Shown here piece after piece: positions 58,556-64,000 of a stretch of DNA of 64,000 nt. Source of the stretch: Xanthobacteraceae bacterium (lineage in GTDB: Bacteria > Pseudomonadota > Alphaproteobacteria > Rhizobiales > Xanthobacteraceae); NCBI GenBank assembly GCA_051954235.1, contig JBQCHY010000056.1, positions 4,499 through 68,498 on the forward strand, read 5' to 3'. The notes under the pieces are model-generated. The model saw only the letters and a program-made list of their open reading frames with translations, was not told where the DNA came from and did not search any database. Each line of letters opens with the position of its first letter. The first letter of the stretch is position 1. The translations under genes were made by a program, and so were the position numbers.

Positions 58556-59818
58556 ATGATTCTGAATTCGTTGCCGGTCCTCGCGGCTGCCTCCAAGTGC
58601 CGCCATTGCCGATCCGAACTGACGCTGACGCTGGTGGATCTCGGGCTGTCCCCGGTCGCCAATGACTATGTCGATCCGGAAAATGCCGGGAAAGCCGAAC
58701 CGTTCTATCCGCTGAAGGCCTTGGTCTGCCGCAATTGCCGTCTGGTCCAGACCTCCGACATGCTGGCGGCCGACGATATCTTCCGCGCCGACTACGCTTA
58801 CTTTTCCTCGCATTCGACGTCCTGGCTGACTCATGCCCGCACCTATGTCGAGGACATGATCACACGCTTCGGTCTCACCGAAGCATCACGCCATGTCGAA
58901 ATCGCCTCGAACGACGGCTACCTGCTGCAGTATTCGATGGCCAAAGGCATCCAGTGCCTGGGTATCGAACCCTGCAAAAGCGTCGCGCTCGCCGGCAAGG
59001 CGAAAGGCATCGACACCCGCATGCGGTTCTTCGGCGTGCAGTATGCGCACGAACTGGCCCGCGAGGGCTGGACTGCCGATCTGATCACGGCCAATAACGT
59101 GTTGGCACACGTGCCGGATATCAACGATTTCGTCGGCGGCGTAAAAATATTGCTCGCCCCGGAAGGCGTCGCGACCTTCGAGGTGCAGCATCTTCTCAAG
59201 CTGATGCAACTCCACCAATTCGACACTATCTATCACGAGCATTTTTCCTACCTGTCGCTGATCGCCGGACAGCGCATCTTCGCCAGCGCCGGCTTGCGCG
59301 TGTTCGATGTCGAATTGCCCAAGTCGCATGGTGGGTCCATCCGCTTTTTTGTCTGTCACGAACAGGCCAGTCACCCGCAAACCGCCCGGGTGGCGGAGCC
59401 GCTGGCGGCCGAGCGAGCCTATGGCCTTGATGGCGACGCCGCCTATGTCGCGTGGAATGAATCGGTGAAGGCGACCAAGCGCGATCTGCTTGATCTCCTG
59501 ATCGGCCTGAAGCGTAACGGCAAGAAGATCGTCGGCTACGGCGCGCCGGCCAAAGCCGCGACGCTCCTCAATTATTGCGGCATCGGGACTGACTTCATCG
59601 AGTTCACCGTGGATCGCGCGCCGTCAAAACAGGGACGCTATGTGCCCGGCGTACGGCTTCCCATCTTCCCTCCCGAAGCCATCCTCGAGGCGAAGCCCGA
59701 TTTCGTGCTGATCTTCCCATGGAATCTGAAGAACGAAATCAAAGCGCAGATGAGCGAAATCAAGTCATGGGGCGGCCGGTTCATTGTGCCGGTGCCGAAG
59801 GCAACCATTGAAGATTAG
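58556..59818 (+). CDS. NDP-hexose C-methyltransferase (Zn-ribbon plus class I SAM MTase plus C-methyltransferase C-terminal domain; TylC3/NovU-like)
   Basis: It has CRHCRSEL...LSPVANDY...LVCRNCRLVQ (a 4-Cys zinc site), HVEIASNDGYLL (SAM motif I-like) and ANNVLAHVPD. The 420-aa length is typical. Confidence 0.75.
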   Translation: MILNSLPVLAAASKCRHCRSELTLTLVDLGLSPVANDYVDPENAGKAEPFYPLKALVCRNCRLVQTSDMLAADDIFRADYAYFSSHSTSWLTHARTYVEDMITRFGLTEASRHVEIASNDGYLLQYSMAKGIQCLGIEPCKSVALAGKAKGIDTRMRFFGVQYAHELAREGWTADLITANNVLAHVPDINDFVGGVKILLAPEGVATFEVQHLLKLMQLHQFDTIYHEHFSYLSLIAGQRIFASAGLRVFDVELPKSHGGSIRFFVCHEQASHPQTARVAEPLAAERAYGLDGDAAYVAWNESVKATKRDLLDLLIGLKRNGKKIVGYGAPAKAATLLNYCGIGTDFIEFTVDRAPSKQGRYVPGVRLPIFPPEAILEAKPDFVLIFPWNLKNEIKAQMSEIKSWGGRFIVPVPKATIED

Positions 59819-59933
59819 CCATTGTAGATAGAAACTCAGCCATCTGGGTTGCGAGCAATGCATTGAAAGGGCAGTCTCTTTAGACCGGACGTTTTAAGGT
59901 CCGGAATGTTGAAGGCAGGTTTTGTCGATTTTA

Positions 59934-60662
59934 ATGTCGAGATTCTTGGAGAACACAACAGCGCTGGTTACGGGTGCGAGTTCCGGCATCGGGCGCGCGA
60001 CCGCGAAACTTCTCGCTCACTCCAAGGTAAAGGTCGCCTTGGTCGGGCGGCGCCAGTCCTTGCTTGAAGACCTCGCAGCGGAATGCGGCCCGCGCGTATC
60101 CGCTTATCCTTGCGATATGACGGATGACGCACAACTCAAAGAGCTTGCGGATCGGATACGCGTCGATCTTTCCAGGATCGATATCCTGGTCCATTCGTCG
60201 GGAATCATCAAACTGGGAACGACAGAGACATCGCCTGTCTCCGATTTCGACAGCCAGTATGCAGCCAACGTTCGGGCCCCCTACACCCTGACGCAGTTGC
60301 TGCTACCGCTTCTGCGCGAGGCATCCGGGCAAATTATTGTCGTGAATTCCTCGATCACCCGCGCGCACAATACGGCCGGCCGCGGCACCTACGCCGCGAC
60401 CCAACACGCCGTCCACGCAATGACGAACGCTCTGCGCGATGAAGTCAATGAGTTCGGCGTGAGAGTGACGAGCATTTTTCCCGGCACCACCGCAACCCAA
60501 CGACAGATGGATCTTCACGCGATATCCGGCAGACGATACGATCCCGATCGTATGTTACAGCCGGAAGACGTCGCCGAAGCGGTGTTGTTCGCACTCACCA
60601 TGGGCAGGACAGCAGAAGTTACCGATCTCTACCTACGTCCCATGCTCAAACCTCTACCCTGA
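59934..60662 (+). CDS. Classical short-chain dehydrogenase/reductase (candidate ketoreductase)
   Basis: It has ALVTGASSGIGRA (TGxxxGxG), NSSITR and YAATQHAV (YxxxK-like, with Q in place of K). The ATG at 59934 is preferred over the TTG at 59922. Confidence 0.8.
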   Translation: MSRFLENTTALVTGASSGIGRATAKLLAHSKVKVALVGRRQSLLEDLAAECGPRVSAYPCDMTDDAQLKELADRIRVDLSRIDILVHSSGIIKLGTTETSPVSDFDSQYAANVRAPYTLTQLLLPLLREASGQIIVVNSSITRAHNTAGRGTYAATQHAVHAMTNALRDEVNEFGVRVTSIFPGTTATQRQMDLHAISGRRYDPDRMLQPEDVAEAVLFALTMGRTAEVTDLYLRPMLKPLP

Positions 60663-60719
60663 AGGGCCGCCACCGGTCGCGATCGATCGATCGGAACGAT
60701 CCGAAAAGGAAGGCATCCA

Positions 60720-62036
60720 GTGTCGAACAGGAAGCACCATGCCGACGCGGGCGAGGTTCCTCCAATTGACCTGCATGGGTTGGTGCAGGAGCTTTTCCCG
60801 ATCAATCGAAGCCTCACCGGCGCCGGCGTTCGCGAGACACTAGCGATCCTGGCGCGATACGTCGCGCTGAACATCAGGGAGATTCCGAGCGGTACAGCGG
60901 TGCTCGATTGGCACGTTCCACTGGAATGGAACATTCGCGGCGCAACCATCAAGACACTGGACGGCCGACGCATGGTCGATTTCGCGGACAACAATCTGCA
61001 TGTCGTCGGCTACAGCAAGCCGTTTCATGGCGAGGTGAGCCACGCGGAACTAGCGCGGCATGTCCACACCCTGCCCGATCAGCCCGACCTCATTCCCTAT
61101 CGCACCGGCTACTATGCCGACGACTGGGGGTTCTGCATGGCCGACAATCTCTGGCAAACCATGCAAGACGAAAGCTATGTCGTTGATATCGACAGCGACC
61201 TTTCGCCGGGGGCGCTCGCCTATGGGGAGTTTTGTCACCCAGGCGAAACATCCGATGAGATACTGATCACGGCCCACATCTGCCATCCGAGTCTTGCGAA
61301 TGACAACCTTTCCGGAATCGCCGTAGCCCTTGCATTGGCTATGCGGCAAACGCAGCTCAAGACACGATTGGGTTTACGCGTTCTGTTTCTGCCTGCGACG
61401 ATCGGCGCGATCTCGTGGCTCGCCCGCAACGAGGATCATCTCGGCAAAATTCGCCATGGATTGGTTCTGACCTGCATCGGCGATAACGGAGGCTTCCACT
61501 ACAAACAAAGCCGAAGCGGCGCACCCATCGACCATGCCGTCGCGCACGTACTGCGCCATTCCGGCCATCCGCACGAGATCATGGCCTTCGATCCCTACGG
61601 CTACGACGAAAGACAATTCTGTTCGCCGGCGTTTGACTTGCCGGTGGGCTGCCTGATGCGCAGCGTTCACGGGACTTTCCCCGAATACCACACGTCGGCG
61701 GACAATCTCGATTTCGTGAAACCCGAAGCACTCGATCAATCCTATGCGGTAACGGCAAGCTTGCTCGACCTGCTGGACGCGAACCGCACCTACATCCGGA
61801 TCGATGGAAGGGGCGAACCCCAACTGGGGCGACGTGGTCTGTATCGCGCGATCGCCGGGCAGAAGGAAGCTGGCGGCGCTAGTCAGATGGACCTGTTGTG
61901 GGTCCTGAACCTGGCTGACGGCAAGCATAGCCTGCTGAAGATGGCGGATCGCGCCGGCGTCCCCTTTTTCCGCATCCAAAAGGCCGCGCGGCTCGCGCTG
62001 GATGCCGACCTTATCAAAGAGATCGCTGGCAATTGA
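60720..62036 (+). CDS. Aminopeptidase-like (M28-fold, DUF4910/COG4310-type) protein with a C-terminal winged-helix region
   Basis: It has ELFPINRSLTGAGVRETL and HICHPSLANDNLSGIAV motifs, which I associate with the polysaccharide-locus aminopeptidase-like family. It uses a GTG start. Confidence 0.7.
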   Translation: MSNRKHHADAGEVPPIDLHGLVQELFPINRSLTGAGVRETLAILARYVALNIREIPSGTAVLDWHVPLEWNIRGATIKTLDGRRMVDFADNNLHVVGYSKPFHGEVSHAELARHVHTLPDQPDLIPYRTGYYADDWGFCMADNLWQTMQDESYVVDIDSDLSPGALAYGEFCHPGETSDEILITAHICHPSLANDNLSGIAVALALAMRQTQLKTRLGLRVLFLPATIGAISWLARNEDHLGKIRHGLVLTCIGDNGGFHYKQSRSGAPIDHAVAHVLRHSGHPHEIMAFDPYGYDERQFCSPAFDLPVGCLMRSVHGTFPEYHTSADNLDFVKPEALDQSYAVTASLLDLLDANRTYIRIDGRGEPQLGRRGLYRAIAGQKEAGGASQMDLLWVLNLADGKHSLLKMADRAGVPFFRIQKAARLALDADLIKEIAGN

Positions 62037-62090
62037 CAAGCCTGCTCCGGACAAAACTCCTGCAGCTGGAAACCAACGTCAACATTGGCC

Positions 62091-63380
62091 CTATCGCCTG
62101 CCTCTCGTGATATGCGTGCTCGCACTGCGAACGGGCTGAAACACAGCCGCATGCGGCACCGCTTTGGGAACGTTGTCGCGCGCGGTCTGCACGCCTCTTT
62201 GGAGCGTGTAGGCTAGAAACAGAAACACCGCTGCCTCGCTGGCGAGAACGCCAAACGCGGCCACATTCGGGCGCATGGTGGCATACGCGGCAGCGACGAC
62301 CAGCAGATTTCCGAACGCGGCAATTGAAGCCAGTTTCAGCGCAAACCCATCGTGATGGCGATGGTGCAGATAGGCATTTCCCAATGCAAAATTAGTCGCC
62401 AACAGCGGAAAGCCGAGCAGCATCCATCGCAGCGGCTCCGCCGCGCCGACATAGTTGGCCGAGAATACCAGCGTCAGAAAGAAGGGCGCGGTGATCGCGA
62501 AGAAGAGCGAGACAACCGACGAAGCGGCAAAACAGATGGCTCCCAACACGTACCAGCGCACGTGTTGGAAATGGCCGGCCGTTGCCAACCGGACCAGTTC
62601 TTGAGACAGAAACGCAAACGATCCAACGCCAGCATAGAACAACTTGTCGGCTTGCAGATAGAGGCCGACATGCGCCTGCGTGAACAGCACAACGACAAAA
62701 AGTCCGTTGGACCAATGCGAACCCAGCATGATCAATCTGATACTCAATGAGTCGAGCGACTCGCGAAAAATATCCCTATCGAGGTGAAATAGGGTTTTCA
62801 ACGACACGTAACGGAACAGGCGCTCGCTGACGAGAAGGACCGACCCCAGCCGTGATGCAACGAGAATACTCAGAATCACTACGAGCGTCGGCTGATACTT
62901 GAGAAAAATGATCGCAATGTAGATCGCAACCGCAAGCGACGAAAAGATTATCTCCGATATCGAGTACAGACGAAAGATGCTGGTGTTGGCCGCGACCAAC
63001 CACGGAGATCGCAATGAAAAGCCGACGATCAGAAGTATCCCGAGGATTGCCGGCAACGGCTGCCCGGAGGTCGGCATATACACGTATGCAACCGGAAGAC
63101 AAAGCAGCATGATCAGAAAGCGTTGAGCATTGACTTTGTAGTAATAGGCCGCCTGATCCGCAGCTTTCGGTCTTTGAGCCAGATTGCGATAAGCCGGTCG
63201 CGAGTACCCGAGATCCGCCACCTGCGAAGCGAACATGCACACGGCGTGAATGCTGAGCAGAAGCACATTCTGACTATGATTGAGCGTTAGAGCCGCGGCC
63301 TTGAAGGCGACGAACAGCGACGCTGTGTTGGCGACGTAGAGCGCAAGCATTAAGAACAACCGGCTTGAAATGCTTGGCAT
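62091..63380 (-). CDS. Polytopic membrane protein, Wzx/MOP-flippase-like
   Basis: It has about 12 TMs, is convergent with the CDP-sugar operon, and starts at MPSISS with a GAAGGAAG RBS. The family assignment rests on topology and context only. Confidence 0.6.
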   Translation of the reverse strand: MPSISSRLFLMLALYVANTASLFVAFKAAALTLNHSQNVLLLSIHAVCMFASQVADLGYSRPAYRNLAQRPKAADQAAYYYKVNAQRFLIMLLCLPVAYVYMPTSGQPLPAILGILLIVGFSLRSPWLVAANTSIFRLYSISEIIFSSLAVAIYIAIIFLKYQPTLVVILSILVASRLGSVLLVSERLFRYVSLKTLFHLDRDIFRESLDSLSIRLIMLGSHWSNGLFVVVLFTQAHVGLYLQADKLFYAGVGSFAFLSQELVRLATAGHFQHVRWYVLGAICFAASSVVSLFFAITAPFFLTLVFSANYVGAAEPLRWMLLGFPLLATNFALGNAYLHHRHHDGFALKLASIAAFGNLLVVAAAYATMRPNVAAFGVLASEAAVFLFLAYTLQRGVQTARDNVPKAVPHAAVFQPVRSASTHITRGRR

Positions 63381-63707
63381 CTTCAAACTTCCTTCGCCGA
63401 TATCTGCCGTCAAGTTAGCGCGCGGCGCGCCTAACATGCAGCCTTACCGTTTTGCATAGGGACGCCTGCCAGGCCCGTCATCGAACGCCGGTTTTGCGCC
63501 TCGGTGGCGAAAGCAAATGACATCGCGTGGAACATCTGCTGATTGGGGCGATTGTGGACGATTTCGCCCATGCTGATCTCATGAGCGAGCTAACGCTTGG
63601 ATTGAATGCCGGAACGGCGTCTGCCACGGTTCAGGGCTCGAAAATCTCGAGCCCGTTCGACCTCTAACCTGCTCGCCGTCCCGGCTACGCCAAACTTGCG
63701 GCCAGTT

Positions 63708-64000
63708 CTACGCCGAGCCATCGGCCCGGTATTGACGAGGGTCAAGTTCGAACTGCGGATCCGGGAATGTCCAACTTGCAGTCGAACAGCGGTCATCATC
63801 TGGAATCGCATCCGTAAAATCGACCGGTTCATGGGCGCCTGTCCTGGCAATCCACTGACCGCCGACGACTTGACACTCATCAATATTCCATGGTGTTCCG
63901 GCCTTACCCTCCGACAATCCCCACGCCTTTGCGACCGACATCGGATTTCGACGGTCGCAAGCAGGAGGAAAAGTTGATCGGATCGTGACGTCAGCAAGAC
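63708..64000 (-). CDS. 3' end of an unidentified gene whose start lies beyond the window
   Basis: The minus-strand frame containing MSVAKAWGLSEGKAGTPWNIDECQVVGG... has no stop between 64000 and 63708. I recognise no motif, so it may be non-coding. Confidence 0.2.
   Translation of the reverse strand, partial: LADVTIRSTFPPACDRRNPMSVAKAWGLSEGKAGTPWNIDECQVVGGQWIARTGAHEPVDFTDAIPDDDRCSTASWTFPDPQFELDPRQYRADGSA

Noticed and set aside
63606-63977. A 123-aa plus-strand ORF, plus a 135-aa minus-strand ORF at 63590-63997.
   Set aside because: Both are Arg-rich and low in complexity, and they compete with a third open frame. None has recognisable features, so only the frame that is open to the window end is listed, at low confidence.

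Overview
This 64-kb window comes from a GC-rich alphaproteobacterium. Gene content and a Bradyrhizobium-group REP-type palindrome suggest Nitrobacteraceae/Bradyrhizobiaceae, but that is inference. I found no rRNA, tRNA or CRISPR array. Two surface-polysaccharide regions dominate, separated by about 9 kb of ordinary core genes. Region 1 (about 0-35 kb) is a mosaic, IS-scarred O-antigen/EPS locus. It holds a complete WbpA-B-D-E set for UDP-2,3-diacetamido-2,3-dideoxy-glucuronate. It also has a split PglF/PglC-D-E-like set, two GT4 transferases, an AsnB paralog and a glutamine-amidotransferase::WbuX/WbpG-type fusion. Further genes are Wzz, three Wzy/ligase-like proteins, ManC plus an AGE isomerase, Ugd and GtrA. 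An AT-richer module carries a FemAB-like acyltransferase, Wzx, a ceramidase-like hydrolase and a formyltransferase. The core block (36-45 kb) has a CoA-transferase, a Liv-type ABC transporter, LysR, enoyl-CoA hydratase and GlcG. Region 2 (45-63.4 kb) holds the least explained content. Two paralogous proteins of unknown fold are differently targeted: one has a signal peptide, the other has none but carries a Thr/Pro linker and an adhesin-type module. They flank an ExoZ-like acyltransferase and a Cys-rich, internally duplicated protein. Beside these lie a kinase-less PCP, a Crp/Fnr regulator and a WbaP-type transferase. Three near-identical FNR/FixK-type boxes sit in the promoter regions. A CDP-hexose C-methyl-sugar operon with an unexplained deacetylase and an aminopeptidase-like protein follows. 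All functions are inferred by eye from motifs, with no database search.
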